64,000 bases of DNA. It comes from Callorhinchus milii. Its lineage: Eukaryota. This document shows positions 26,401 to 41,400 of this stretch, piece after piece. The stretch is taken from positions 72,232,001 to 72,296,000 of the forward strand of contig NW_024704742.1 of assembly GCF_018977255.1 (NCBI RefSeq). The letters are read 5' to 3'. A program made the position numbers and the translations under genes. Each line of letters opens with the position of its first letter. The stretch's first letter is position 1. The notes beneath the pieces are model-generated. The model was not told the DNA's origin, made no database searches, and saw nothing but the letters and a program-made list of their open reading frames with translations.

Positions 26401-29400
26401 CGCCCTATTTCTAACCTGCCCTTCCTCGCAAAAGTCCTAGAATCTGTTGTTGCAAATCAACTCCGCAAACACCTCTTCTCCCACTCCCTCTTCGAAACCC
26501 TCCAGTCCGGTTTCCGCCCACAGCACAGAGACTGCACTTGTGAAAGTAACAAATGACATCCTCTCTATCTGTGACCAGAGCTCCCTCTGCCTTTGTCCTC
26601 CTGGACCTCTCTGCCTCGTTCGACAGTCGATCACGCCATCCTCCTCCACTACCTTTCCTCCGTCATTCACCTCAGCGGGAACGCACTCGCCTGGTTCAAG
26701 TCCTACCTCACAAACTGCCAGCAGTACATCTGCACAAACGGCTTCTCCTCCCACTCTCACCCAGTTACCTGTGGGTATCCCAAGGATCCATCCTTGGCCC
26801 CCTCCTCTTTCTGATCTACATGTTCCCTCTTCGGGATGTCATCTGCAGACATGGGGTACACTTCCACATGTATGTGGATGACACTCTTCCTCCCTATCCC
26901 CCTGACTCGGCGCTGGGATCCGTTACTGTGAAGCACTATGAGACGCCATCCGGCGTGGAGGGAGCTATATAAATCCAAGTTGTTGTTGTTCTTGTTGTTG
27001 AAACTCGGCAGAATTGCGCACAGCAGTGTCCCAAAAAACAGTCATGAATTTATCATTATTTATTTATTTGTAAGGGTTTATTACCCATGGAAAAGCGATT
27101 TGTCAATTGACTGTCAACCGGGTTCCTACTTACTCCTAGGTAAACAGAGGCATGTGGAGTAAGGAATCTTGCCTACTGTTTCTCCTGCCCGGGAATCGAA
27201 CACAGGTCCTCTTGCTTGCGAGTGCTCTAACCACAACATTACAGGACTCTAATGGCATGGAATTCCACCTAGTCCTGTCTCGTGCGGTGTCCCTCAGGGC
27301 TCTGTCCTCGGTCCCCTCCTCTTCACCCTCTATATGCTCCCCCTGTGGTGACATCATCCGCAGACATGGAGTTAACTTCCACATGTATGCGGTGACACCC
27401 AACTCTACCTTTCCTCCTCTACTCTCAACTCCACGACCACCGATGTCCTGACAGCTGCCTGTCCGACATCGAGTCCTGGACGAGAGACAACTTTCTTCAG
27501 CTCAACGTGCATAAAACTGAGGCCCTCCTGATTGGCTCACGTCAGCGCCTCCGCACCTCAGGCGCTGACAGCATCAGCATCCAAGGCTGCACTCTCCACC
27601 TCTCAAAGCAGTCAGGAACCTCGGGGTTCTGTTCGACCCTGAGCTGTCCTTTCTTCCTCATATCCGCGCCACAACTGGCACCACCTTCCGTCACCTCCGA
27701 AACATCGCCAGACTACGGCACTACCTCACCCCTCACGCGGCTGAAACTCTGGTCCACGCCTTTATCACCTCAAGGCTGGACTATGGGAACTCTCTCCTCG
27801 CCGGCCTTCCCGGCACCTCCCTCCACACTGCAGGTCATTCAGAACTCTGCAGCTCGTGTACTGTCCCGCACCAGGCTTCGCGACCACATCACTCCCACCC
27901 TCGCTCGCCTCCACTGGCTCCCCATCCCCCAGAGGATCGAATTCAAGATCCTCACCCTCACCTACAAGGCCATTCACGGTCTCGCTCCCTCCTACCTCTC
28001 TGACCTACTATCCCCCTACCTACCTGCCCGTACCCTCCGTTCCTCTGGCTCCAGTCTGCTCCACATCCCCCGCCCCAACCGCCCTACCATCGGTGGCCGG
28101 GCCTTCAGCCTCTCAGCCCGAGGCTCTGGAACTCTATCCCCAGTGCCGTCGACGCTTCCTCCCTTTCCTCCTTCAAGGCCGGTCTCAAGACCTTTCTCTT
28201 TGACCGTCGCCCTTCCTCAGCCTTCCCTCTCCGACCATCCCCTCCCCCCTCCCTTCCCTCCCCTCACCCTGACCATGTTCCCCCCTGCTCGGGTCCTGAC
28301 CCAACTGTACAGCGCCTTGGGATGTCCTCCCGACGTGAAAGGCGCCCTATAAATGGAATCTTGTTGTTGTTGTTGTTGTTGTAGGACAACCTTAACTAAA
28401 AATTAAGATTTTTTAATTTGAGTTTGGAAGCTGGTTTTCCAGTTTTTTTTAAACTAGATTCCTAATTTAGAAAGAATTAATAATAAAATCATTAATAATT
28501 AATAAAATAACAATTTGGTCACTCAATCCACGACTATTGTGGGATATTGTTGTGTGCAACTGGCTGCCGTGTTTCGCCCACATAATATACAGTAAATTCA
28601 CTTTACGGTATATTCTACGAAGCGCTTTGAGACGTCTTGAAGATGTGATAAGGCGCTATACCAAATGCAAGAATTATGATTATTAATTGAAGAATTGCCA
28701 CAACTCCTAAATTTAAGACAAATGATCTTAAAGTGGATTTCAAGCCTCAAAACTTCCATAAAATATAATAATCCACCTTTCCCAAATACCACCTGAGGCT
28801 TTACACCACAATTCCTCCCGTCTCTCACAGCAACATTCCCATTTTAACTTGACATTACCAGCCTTTCCCTGGAGGCCAGGATCACAAAACCCATCACTAA
28901 GTTGTAAATAACCAGACTTACTGTGCAGAGCATTCCTGGCTCTTTGGTTCCTCCTTTAGACCCTAATTAGGAAAAAAAAAGTTAAATATTTTACAGTAGC
29001 TAATTTTATATGACCGCAAGCTCTCGTACACAACACAGACACACTTTCACAGACACACGGGCTGACACAGGCTGCTCTAATCTCTCGCTCCGGTATATTC
29101 ACGCTGCCTGCGGTCTTGCCAGACATTCCTTACCAGCTTAGCAACCTCCTTCTTCTTGCCGAGCAGCATCATGGTGACTTGCCGGTGGTTGATCTCCACT
29201 GGTGTGATGCTATAAAACTCCACAACAGCCACTGCTGCCTCCTTGAAGGCCATCTCCAGGAAAGCCTGTAGCAAACAGGGCACAAACCCAGGGTTCCAAA
29301 ATCTACACTTGTATTTTCCTCGATCTCCCTCCCCCAGCACAACACACTCTGCCCAGGGTTACTTCCTGCCCCATGCATCCAGACTGCCCCACCCACCACC

Positions 29401-32400
29401 CCAGACCCTGGCCCCACTCCCAACCCCCACACAGACCTCAGACCCTCCCCCCATAGTCCCCACTCCAATGTGCTTCTCCTCCAGCCCCCACCACCATCTT
29501 ATGTGGCGTTCCTCGGGGCTCTGTCCTCAGTCCCCTCCTCTTCAACATCTACACGCTCCCTTTTGGTGATATCATACGCAGATATGGGGTTAACTTCCAC
29601 ATGATTGCGGATGACACCCAACTCTATTTCTCTGCCTCCATCTTCGATTCCAGGACAACTGACAGACATCAAGTCCAGGATGAGAGCTAAGGGCTCCAGT
29701 TTAAGGACAACAAGATTGAGGCCCTCTTGATTGGCTCCTGTCAGCGCCTCCTCACCTCGGGCACTGGCAGCATCACTATTCATGCATGCACACTCCACTT
29801 CACTGAGCCAGTCTGAAACCTTGGCATCTTGTTTGACCGTCACGGCAACTTCTATCCCACATCCGTGCCATGACTCGCTCTGCCTTCCCCATCCCCAACC
29901 TTGCCTGGCCCCATGCCCCAGAGGATAGAGTTAAAAATCCTCATCCTCGCCTTCAAAGCTTCCACGGCCTTGCACCTTCCTATCTCTGTAACCTGCTACC
30001 AGCATATCAACCTGTCCACGCCCTCCGCTCAGCAGGCTCCGGCCTGCCACGTCCCCCGCCCGAACACCCACAATCTGCGTTCGAGCCTTCAGGCTCTCTG
30101 GCCCCACCTTTGGAACTCCATCCGACATTTCCTTCACCATGCTCCCTCCCTTGTCTCCTTCAAGGCACGTCAAGATCCTCCTCTGCGACCGCATCTTCGA
30201 CCACCCTCCTAACTCTACCCTCCCTGCCACCACCGCTCCTAATCCCAACCCCCTGCTTGGGCCCTAAACTCTTGACTGCTTTAATATCTTGGACCTCTTG
30301 ACGTGAAAGGCGCTATACACATGTAATCTGTTGTTTTTGTGCACAAACCCTGCCCGGCTGCTGGAGAGTTGGATAATTTCTGATCGGGTGTCTGATCTAT
30401 GCTGTCGCACCACGTTAGCATTCCACGTTACCCTGCTCCCATGCAAGCAAACACACAACCAGTTGATCTGCGTTTCATTACCTCATTTTTTGAGCGCAAC
30501 AGCTTAATGGAGGTGACTTTCCCGAATGGCTGGGTCAGCTTTAAGACATCTTTCTGTGTGTAGCCATCGGGGGGCAGGTCAGTCAGGTGAACCACACGCC
30601 CGGTCTTCCTCATTGCTTCCTCCTTCAGACAGTGAGCAAAAAACAGAGTTCATTGCTTTCAGGTGCAAGATTACAACAGACAATAATAATAATCCTTGCA
30701 TTTGATATAATAATAATCCTTGCATTTGATATAGCGCTTTTCACGTCTCAAAGCGCTTCACAGAATAGAATGTAAAGTGAATTGACTGTATATTTGTGGG
30801 TGAAACGCGGCAGCCAATTGCGCACAGCAATGTCCCACAAACAGTCGTGGATTGAAAATGACCAATTTATTATTGTTTTGTTTTGGAGGATTATTAGGTG
30901 TGTGGAGTAAGGAAACTTGCCCAAAGTTTCGCCCTCTGCCTGGAACTGAACCCAGGTTCTCGCTTGCAAGGCGAGTGCTCTAACCACTGAGCTACAGGAC
31001 TTCACGATATACCGCCTTATCACATCTTCAAGACGTCTCAAAGCGCTTCACAAAATATACTCTAAATTGAATTGACTGTATATTTTGTGGCGAAACATGG
31101 TAGCCAATTGCGGACAACAGTCCCATAAACTCTTGTGGAGTGAGTGACAAAATTATTATTAATTTTTTTTGAAGGGATTATTACCTCTGGAAAAGTGATT
31201 TTTTTCAATTGTGCACAAAATATGTAAATTTACAAATCATAGCATAGGCCGAATGGTCTCTTTCTGTGCTGTATGATTCTATGACATCCCATGCAGGCCC
31301 ATCCAGCAATGACACACACCACATGACATACAGGCCCAGTAATTACACACACCACATGACATACAGGCCCAGTAATTACACACACCACATGACATACAGG
31401 CCCAGTAATTACACACACCGCATGACACACAGGCCCAGTAATTACACACACCGCATGACACACAGGCCCAGTAATTACACACATTACACATTAATTCTGT
31501 CCCTTCCTTTCTTCATTCCCCACAGAGACACTGACCTGTTGGACACTAGTCTCTTTCTGGGCAGCTTGCTGAGCAGGTTTCTGCACTGAGGCGGCAGCAC
31601 GCACTGGAAGACACGACACAAACAACCATTGAAAGAATGAGTTCTATTTTTGTGTATAAAGAATGTTTTTAAACAGCCATTACATTTAAGGTTGATTTCC
31701 TTTCCCTACTGTACCAAAATGAGAAGAAATGGTTTCCCATGCTACAGTGGTTTCCCAGTCACTCTGCCTCGCCCCCTCCTTAGCCTCCTTCAAGTCCCGC
31801 CTCAAGACCATGCCATCCCCCTTCCTCTCCCTTCCCCCACCAACCCCAGCTCGGGTCTGAAATGCTGTACACTGTCCAGTGCCTTGGGACGTCCTCTCGA
31901 CGTGAAAGGTGCTATACAAATGTAATCTTGTTGTTGTTGTGCTGTGTGCACTGTCTTCATTTGCAAGAAAGCTTACCTTCTTCACAAGCAAGGTCAATCT
32001 ATAGCTAATGGACGTCCTTACCAGCCTACATTAGACTGGAGTTTAATTTCTGAATCATCACATTCATTAATGGAGTAAAACTTGCATAAATCTGATCTGT
32101 ATCAATCGCATAATGGCCCAAGTCTTACATCCACCCAAGTCCCGCTGAATTTCCTATTAAATCCATTTAAGTTTACATGCCCTTATCGTACCGAGTAACT
32201 TGTAACGCCGCTACTGCACTTGCCGGGTCAAAATTTTGTTTCCTGCCCCTACCTCAAACAGAAAATGTGTTACAGCATGAAGCAGCATATTCAGTGCTTC
32301 ATGGGAGGCAATCACAGGAACCTAAGTCCCCACCCGTCATGCGCATTTACTGTCTGCAATTCTGAAGGACCGAGTGCACAGTACAAAACAGTGAACAAGT

Positions 32401-35400
32401 ATGGAAGACAAGGTGTTGACCAGAGATTATGATATCAGGCAATGCAGATACCCCAGCTAAATGCAAATTAGTAACAAGCACCTATCAGGACAAGTACCAA
32501 ATTCTCCAATTTTGCGAGTCAAATCCTAAATTAAAAAGGAAATTTGATTTGAAGCCACAGAATTTGAATGAGGGAGATCAGGCAGAGTGGACTGAGGGTA
32601 TATGTCTGACTTAATGTTTTCTTAAAAAGTGATTGATAATTCAATTACAGTGTTAGTACTGTAGTTCTTTAATAAGAGTTTATATTCTATCAAAACAATT
32701 TGATTTTGAAATCCTTTTGGTTGTGCCATTCATTAGACAGTACATGTTTTCTGCACATGAGGTACAGTACTACGCAGTACTGTATATGGAAAGAGTGGGC
32801 TACCATAGCTTTAATATGCCTAGGTTACACATGGTACAGAAACCTTGCTTTAATGTCACCAGCCAAGACAGTACTTGTCTATTTATGATGTGTAATTCAT
32901 ATAAAATCTGACTTATACATTACTTTACATAAGTGATATTAAATATATGGTCCCATATGACTTATGTGAGGTTTACTGTACTCTACCTTCAGTGCTCTTT
33001 GCTTCACTGGAGGCCGCAGGCCTCGCTGTGTGGCCAGCCACTTTTGAAGACTTCTGGTTTGCAGGCTTCTGGCTTGTATGCTTGGAACTGGATTCCTTCT
33101 GAGGTTTGCGCTTTGGACTGGAGTGGCGTGGGCTTGACTTGGATTGGTGCGGGCTGGAGCGTTTTGGGCTGGCCCTGGACTTATGTGGACTCAAGCGCCG
33201 AGGACTGGCTCTGCACCTATGTGGGCTTGAGTGTCGTGGACTGATCCTGGACCTGTAAGGGCTCAAGCGATGAGGACTGTGTCTGCCTCTGTATGGGCTA
33301 GAACGTCTGGGACTTGATCTCCTTGGGCTCAGACGTCTAGGGCTGCCCCTGTATGGGCTCAGATGTCTGGGACTCCTCGATCTATGAGGGCTAAAACGTC
33401 TCGGGCTCCTTGACCTATGTGGGCTAAAACGCCTGGGGCTCCTTGACCTATGTGGGCTAAAACGTCTAGGGCTCCTTGACCTGTGTGGACTAAAGTGTCT
33501 GGGACTCCTCGATCTATGTGGGCTCAGACGTCTGGGGCTCCGTGATCTGTATGGGCTCATTCGCCTGGGGCTGGACCTGTGTGGACTTCGCCTGGGGCTG
33601 GATCTGTGTGGGCTGAGATGTCTGGAACCGGATCTTCTGGGACTCAAATGCTTTGGACTCATGCGCCCGGAGCCGGAGGACAAGAGGGCTACGTCCGCAG
33701 CAGCAGCCTCTTTCTCTTTTTTCGCCAGATCATCCCTATTGGTAAACAATCAAATACATTTCCTTCAGCTTGGATCACGGTTAAACAGTAAAAGTGAGAA
33801 CGCTTTTGTGCAAGAAATGTATCAATTTAAAAAACACAATACTACTTCAACATCAGGAAAACTATTATATTATTGATCATCACACCCCAGCCCACCGCTT
33901 CCATTCTGTACGTGGTAGGTGGAACTGTATGTGGTAATTGGAATGGGGAAGATGTCTACACAAAATGGGGACTTCCTCTAAAGAGAAGTTTTGAATCAGG
34001 AACCAAACCAGCCATAGCAACCACCTTAGTAACTATCTGAGAGTCAGGTGGAAGTGAGGTTGGAATATAAACTCACAGCACATGTGCGGGAGTGACTGCA
34101 TTGATTGTGTGACTAATCGTGGATGTACGTTTCCATGTTTCCAGCTTTTGGAAACAATACCTCCGTGCTCCACCGGCGATGTACAAGGAGCAGAGAGTGG
34201 ACCCAGGAGTAGTAAAGATGCTACCTAGCCCAATTGTTCTTGTTGCATGGACCAATGCTCCACTCTTGCCCAAAATGGTTACTAAATTACTCAGTGCCAG
34301 AGAATGTTCATCCAGTTTAGAAAACCCACCCTAACCCCAGCCCTGCCTCCAGCTAATTCCCCAATGAGAAAAGTTTGATTTCATAATAAAACTTACTTTG
34401 TTGGAGGAATAGCATCTGGATTCCAATCTGGATATCTGTAAGACAAAACATTTGAATTCATGTGGAGTGACTGAAGCACCCTGCAGTATGGTGTGAGGCA
34501 AACCTGTGAGGCAAACCGCTGATCACTCTTTCAATTATCTACACAACATCTTGGCAACAGCAGTCTTAATCCCTGTGCCCAGATTACTCAATTGTTATAG
34601 AATAACAGTATGTGTACAGTACAGAGCAAGGTCATTTGGTCATAGTGTGTGCTAGCTTCCCTACTGGAGCCATTTACTCATGCCAGTCCCTGGTCTCCTC
34701 CTCCCCTAACCATTTAACATTTCCCTCACTTACATTAATCCATTCCCTTTTAAAAGCTCTTATGGAATCTGTAGTTTAGTGGTTTTGATTCCCAGACAGT
34801 GCGAAATGCTGGGCAAGTTTCCTTACTCCACACACCTCTGTTTACCTAGCAGTAAGTAGGAACCCGGTTGTTAGTCAATTGGTGGATCGCTTTACCGGGG
34901 TAATAATCCTTCAAAAAAAATAATAATTGTCACTCACACTGCTGTGTGCAATTGGCTGCAAAGTATACAATCAATTCAAGTATATTCTGTGAAGCGCTTT
35001 GAGACGTTGCAAAGACGTGATAAGGCGCTATATCAAATGCAAGGATTATTATTAATATTATGGACTCAGCTTCAACTATTCATGGTGAGGAAGATAACTG
35101 AAAATAGTACTGTAAAAATCACACAAAGGAGGGGAATAAACAAGACTGGGCGTGCAGATTTATCTCAAACAATTGAGAGAAAACCAAGGACAAAAGTTAA
35201 GATGTAATTTAGAAAGAAGAATATTGGAGAAAAAGGCAGAACGTTTACAATATTTACTGTAAACTAAGAATTGATCTAATACTTTTCAAAGCTACTTATA
35301 AATATTTTCACAATTGAAATGCATGAAAAAGAAAGCCCCCTCCATTAATAACCCAATGAAATCCAAACTTAAATCCTCACTCTTTGAGCAAAAGCCGGCA

Positions 35401-38400
35401 GCTGTCATTGTGGATAGATGTTTTGTTGTGACGATCCCAGTCCTGCAAGAAACAAACGATAAAAGACTTTAGCAAAGCTCAATGTGAGTCGATTGTTGAC
35501 TTACAACAAAAACACAGTGATGGAAGCAGACAGGAAGTTGTCTGTTTCTTTAACTCAGCACATGTCTGCATCAGCCCAGATCTGTGCTGCATAGATTAAA
35601 GTAGCAGCACCTGGCAACTGCATCACGACTAGGAACCGCAGCATCATCGATGCTGAATGAACTGAAACTGAAACTAGGAGGAAAGGGATCACATTAGACA
35701 TGGAACCTACCTGTAATGTTATTCAAAAAAGATTTCCCAAAGAGATGCAGCTAAGAGCTCGGAAAAAATCCCTTTTTGTGAATGCTAACTCATTGCATTG
35801 AAATTCGAAACACCAGTCCTCAAAAACACAAGACTCTAAAAGCTGAATCTTCCACACATTTATAGCCTTGCACTTTTATACAAAGCTGCTGAATACAGGT
35901 ATGTGATGGGGTATGCTGTATAGCAAGGCTTGAACTACTTTGGATAAGATTTAGCATAATTGCTAACTGCTGGATTGTGTACAGCAAACTGCTAGGATTT
36001 TCAACCTTGTAATCCACAATGTACAAGAAGATTTATGACCAAAAGTGGAAAATGTTTTTGCATTGTCAGAGAATAGCCTCATAACTAGCTCATTGCATTA
36101 AACCATCATTGCAATGATACACAACTGCACTTTGCAGTAAAAATAACCTGGAGAAACTGCGTACTCTTTTAACAGCAAAAACAATAAAGTCCCATATTGC
36201 CCACGATTTCTCTCTCCATTATTATTATTAAACAGCCTATGAAAATGTAAACCAGTAGGCAAAAAATCAAGCCAGTGTTTGAGGCCTGTGATAAACCAGT
36301 TTCACTTCATCCCAAAAGAGTACAGACAACCTGAAACTTTAATTAACCATTTTAATGATAACTCGCTGGAGGATTTTGTTACCAATAGGCATTCTGTTCC
36401 TTTTCTGCCTCTCCTCTCCTGAATACATTTCAACATATCCTCTTCCACTGGGAAGGCCAGCCAGCTGCCCTCTAATGGGTCAAGTAAACATGACAGTCTA
36501 TTCAACCGTGATTGGCACTGCAGCACAGTCTAGTCCAAATTTTGCCCAATATCCCCAAACCCACCTCCAGCAACTGTAGGGTCCTAACTGAGGTCAGCCA
36601 ATTCAGTCTTGAACTGAAACCTTCTTGGTCTCTGGGCTCAACAACTTACTAGATAAACTCACTGAGCAAGCATTCAGAGAATTTCTGAATAAAACATTGA
36701 CAGGGTACAAAAGAGATCTGGCCAGAGCAGTCAGCCCACAATATGAACAATTCCCTCTCTTATTCATAGAACCTGCAATTTCCTCAACTATCGAATGACT
36801 AATATAAGAGAAATTCTCTTTTCTAACTTTTGTTAAAAACTAAACAGTAGTTAGTCATTCAGTCTCCCAAAGCCCATTAATATCGAAGAAAAAAAAGGAA
36901 AAAGAGTGGAGTCTTGGTGGGTTCATATTTCACAGTCTAGTCACCAATACAATGTGGCCTCCTGCACTTCCCTTATCTCCGCACCACGATTGGCAGCCAC
37001 GCTTTCAGCCACTACACCCCGAGACTCTGGAACTGTCTGCCTCAATTCCTCCACTTTGTCCCTCCTAGTCCATCTTCAGATCACATGTGAAGACTTTTTT
37101 CTTCGATTGTGCCTACAGCCACCTTCCACCTCTTCCTGGCTTGGTGTCAAGATCTGCCACTATTAAGCATTCTGAAACACTACCCCACTTGAAGGGCGCT
37201 GTGTAAATGTTGTATCCCAGGATCCCTCATAAGTGGAAACACATAAATAGCAAATGGCTTCTTTTTGTGCAGAATATTTTCACATGTTGCACTGAATCAT
37301 ACATAGCACACAAGTCAGTTAGAACTTCAACGTCTCTTTACCTTTTCTCCCATTTCCACAAGTCAGACCATTGTAAGGGGCTTGGCATAGAAATGCAGCA
37401 CCAGCCGAGCTGGAAATGGTGGATGCCACTAAAAGGTGTTGGATAAACCATCAGCCCTGACCACACTCAGCCTATTGAACCCCTCCCAGTTTTAATTTAG
37501 GATCAACATTTCTATAAATCCCCTTTTACAACAGTCATCAGACAATTTAATTCCTGTCCCAGGCTCAAATCAAAATCCCACCCAAAGGAAAGGTACTGTA
37601 CTTTCTCTCATTACATGGCAGTCTCACTGATGTTTGGGACTGTATAATTGAGGTTGGGTAGTATTATTCTCTAGGGCTGTAACAGTTTTTATTGTAGTAC
37701 ACTGTTGCCTCTCTCGCTCACACATTTGCTTGTACTTTAATAAAATAATCTGTCAGAAATTGTGCCACATCAGACATGCTTTGTATCCAGGAGTCAGTGG
37801 ACAAGCACCGATTCTTTTAAAGAAGTGAAGAATTGCACATAAGAGGATTACTGGATACATAACTCACAGAACGATCTGCCTTTGGTAAGCTGGCCAGTGT
37901 TGAAGGTTATTAGTTCCAAAGCTACTCCATACGTCAACAACATTGAAGAGCTATTTCTCTTCACTGCAGAGGGTACAGTGTGGATTTGAAAGCACGTCAA
38001 ACTCCCATACTTTTTAAACACCGTTTCTTTGTCAGAGATGTTGGGCAGTCTTCAAATACCAGACAAATTAAAAATAAATGTGGGAGGGAGAGAGAAAGAG
38101 AGGATAAGAGAACCAAGCTACGACCATTGCAACCTTTAACTGAAACGGTTGACAGACAATACCACTTACAATACTGCTCAGCTTGTTGGTATACTCTTGA
38201 GTGGAAGAACGCTCTGCACAGCAGTAAGGTGGAAGCTTGTGAGCACCATCCCTATTCAGACACAAACCTTAATGTGGCGAGATTGTTCAAGTCTCTCCTA
38301 CTCAGATTACAATGCCAGATATTCCCAGTTCTTTACCTTGGGAGCCTTGAAGCAAGCTGCATCAGAAGTTGCCAAAGACACCAATACCTACTCTAAATGC

Positions 38401-41400
38401 ACAAGTTAATCCAGCTTCTCACAGTCTGAGCTTTTGCCCTGAGACTGACTGCCTCAAATGTACTGATCGACACATCAATCTAGGGCCACATCCTCCATCT
38501 GCAGCGATTTTCCACTTTTTACAGTGAATCACCTCACACTTTATCTTGCAGTTTACATGTGGGCTGCAGGAAATCCTTCGCGTTGCTAGGAGCTTTTGAA
38601 AGCCACATCCAAAACACAGTAATCTTATCCTGCATCAAGGCTCCACATTTCTTGAGATGAAAAAAGAGAGGAAAAGGAACAAAAAGCCTTTTCTCAATCC
38701 TCAAAATAATAATCCTTGCATTTGATATAGCCCTTTACCACATCTTCTAGACGTCTCAAAGCACTTCACAGAATATACTGTAAAGTGAGTTGACTATGTT
38801 TTGTGGGCGATCAGCTTCCAATTGAAAGTTAGCGGCTATCCGGACTCCTGGATCGGTGCAGATCAGCAGTTAGAAATGCCTGTATCGTCCAAATGAGGTC
38901 CTCGTGAGCCCGAACGTTGCACTTGAGGGCAGCCACCACCATATCCTGCTGTGTTTCCTCTGTTGGATCCATGCATCACTTTGACATGATGCAGCTAAAA
39001 GTGATAACCATTGCCAGTCTGAATACATGAGAACACAAGATCTTGCACTTGTGACCTGATAATGTTCAAGGCACAATTTATAATTCACAGAGCACAAGCT
39101 TTTTACAACACTAAAGTGCTGACTGTGATGCATTATGGCCAAGTTTCAGTGAATATTCAAATATTTGGCAGCTTTTCCCATTGTGACCACCACTCACTTG
39201 CTTTGGTACAGCACAATCTTCACTGGTACCAGGTCTTCAGTGTGAATTGACTGTCACCATGTAAAGAACACATTTACTTTCTCTATCAGAAAAGCAAGCG
39301 ACAAGACCTGGGTTTGATTCCCGGACAGGGCGAAACCTTAGGCAAGTTTCCTCACTCCACACTGTTTACCTAGCAATAAATAGGAATCCGGTGGTTAGTG
39401 AATTGGCGGATCGCTTTTCTGGGGCTAATAATCCCTCTAAAAATAATATTCTGCTCATTCAATCCACGACTGTTTGTGGGACACTGCTATATGCAATTGG
39501 CTACCACATTTCAACCACAAAATGCACAGTCACGACACTTTACAGTGAATCCTGTGAAGCGCTTTGAGGCATCTCAACCAAGTGATAAGGCATGATATCG
39601 TATGCAAGGATTATAAATGCAAGCTTTATCAGGATGCCCAGCCTCTGGGTGAGATTTTCCAATGACTTCTCTGTCCTCGATAAACAAAGCAAACTGAGGA
39701 AAAGGCTATGACTGCACTCAAGGTCCAAATAACTGTGGACAGAGTGTCAATGTCCAATAATAGGACACTGGGAAAAATTAAGGGAGGGTGTAGAGTTTAC
39801 CCTTTCACAAATTTCCTCTTTTTATATTATAATCCTTGCATTTGATATAGTGCCTATCACCTTGTTGAGACATTTCAAAGCAATTCACAGTATATAGTGT
39901 AAAGTGGAGTGACTATGTACCTTATGGGGGAAACTCTGCAACCAGTTATGCACAGCAGGGAACCACAAACAGCCTCAAGCTGAACCACCAATGCTTTTAT
40001 TGGGGGATTTGTTACATGGATTTCTGCATTGCACCAGTTAGGCAGTCACTAAGATCCACCTGCTCAACATTAAAGGCATATCAAGCAGGCCACATGTACA
40101 AAACTGGCCTGGAGTCCTGAGGTTCTGAAATTCAACACTGGATGGAGCCCAGCAGCTGGATCTAAACAGCATTTCAGCATGTGATCTGAGGTCCTTGGTG
40201 ATAAGAGTCAATGTGACCCACTGCAGAATAATAAGGACCTCACACCAGCCAGCATCTGAGATATACATGAAACCCTAAGTGCCACAGCCAATATGACACA
40301 AGCATCAATGTGAAAAAGAACCAAGTGCTAACAATGTAGTTACACCAGGTACAGTTTTTTCTCTTCAAAGGTGACTCTTATGGACCAAGGACACCAGCCC
40401 TTTGGGTATTGTTCTCTGCTGTCAATATAGTTCTATGACCATGAAGGTGCTCAGTTGAAACCATATACTGTTACTCGCCCAAGTGGCTCCCAGGGGATCC
40501 TGAGCCTCTGTGCATGAGTGTTCTCAAACCCTACAAGAATCTTGAATAATGGGCGATAACTATAGCCGCTGGACTTTTCCCGAAAGATAACATGGCATAA
40601 ATATTAATTCACATTAAAAGCCACAGACTTTCTGAGCAAGTGTTCAGTGGAACTGCACAGGCTCACAGGTAGTCACATACAAATTTGCTGGGAACACCTG
40701 AGACGCTCAATGCACAGCAGATAGGGGGTTTTCCTTGATCTTCTGGAAGAATCACTTTCATATCGACGTTACCAATACTGATGAGCAGCAACAAAACAAG
40801 AAAGAGCGAATGAGCCAACATCACAATGTCAGCACTGAAGTCTTAGAACGTGTCTCATGCAATTCTTCCATTGGTAACCTCGGCTTGTCCTCACAGTATG
40901 TGGAAGATGCAAAATAGCGATTGAAGAGAAACTTTTGGTGTTGGTTTGCACCACTCTATACATGGATCTGCTCACACAGTGAGTGACTAATTACTCACAC
41001 ATGGTTCAAGCCAAATGGTGGATTTTCCCCAAAAATTAATCATTAAAAAATGTGAAATGAGAAGTTTACTGGAGGTTCTCTCAGTGGCTTGTTATCGTTT
41101 ACAGAAACATACACAACTTCACACACACACATCAGTTTAAAATAAAGTCATGAGCACATGTCCTAAAAGACTAGCATTCCATGTAAGCAGTGCCTCCATT
41201 TTCCCTGACCCCTTGCTTAAGCTTTAAACACACGAGATGGGAGTGTGAGTTTTTCTGCTGGAAACACAGCAACAAACAAGTTCAGATTTAACACAGTGCA
41301 TTAAATCATTGGTCTCAGTGCTCCACAATACAGATTTGCTTTTCTCATTGCAGCGAGATTTAACCTTGAAAAATGAAGTTTTTCTTGAGCGGTACATCTA

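Noticed and set aside
31266..31589. Cys/His-rich repetitive ORFs
   Set aside because: Translations of the 33-bp minisatellite.
31976..32000. Strong donor AAG|GTAAGC
   Set aside because: No convincing polypyrimidine acceptor upstream, and the frame is already closed without it.
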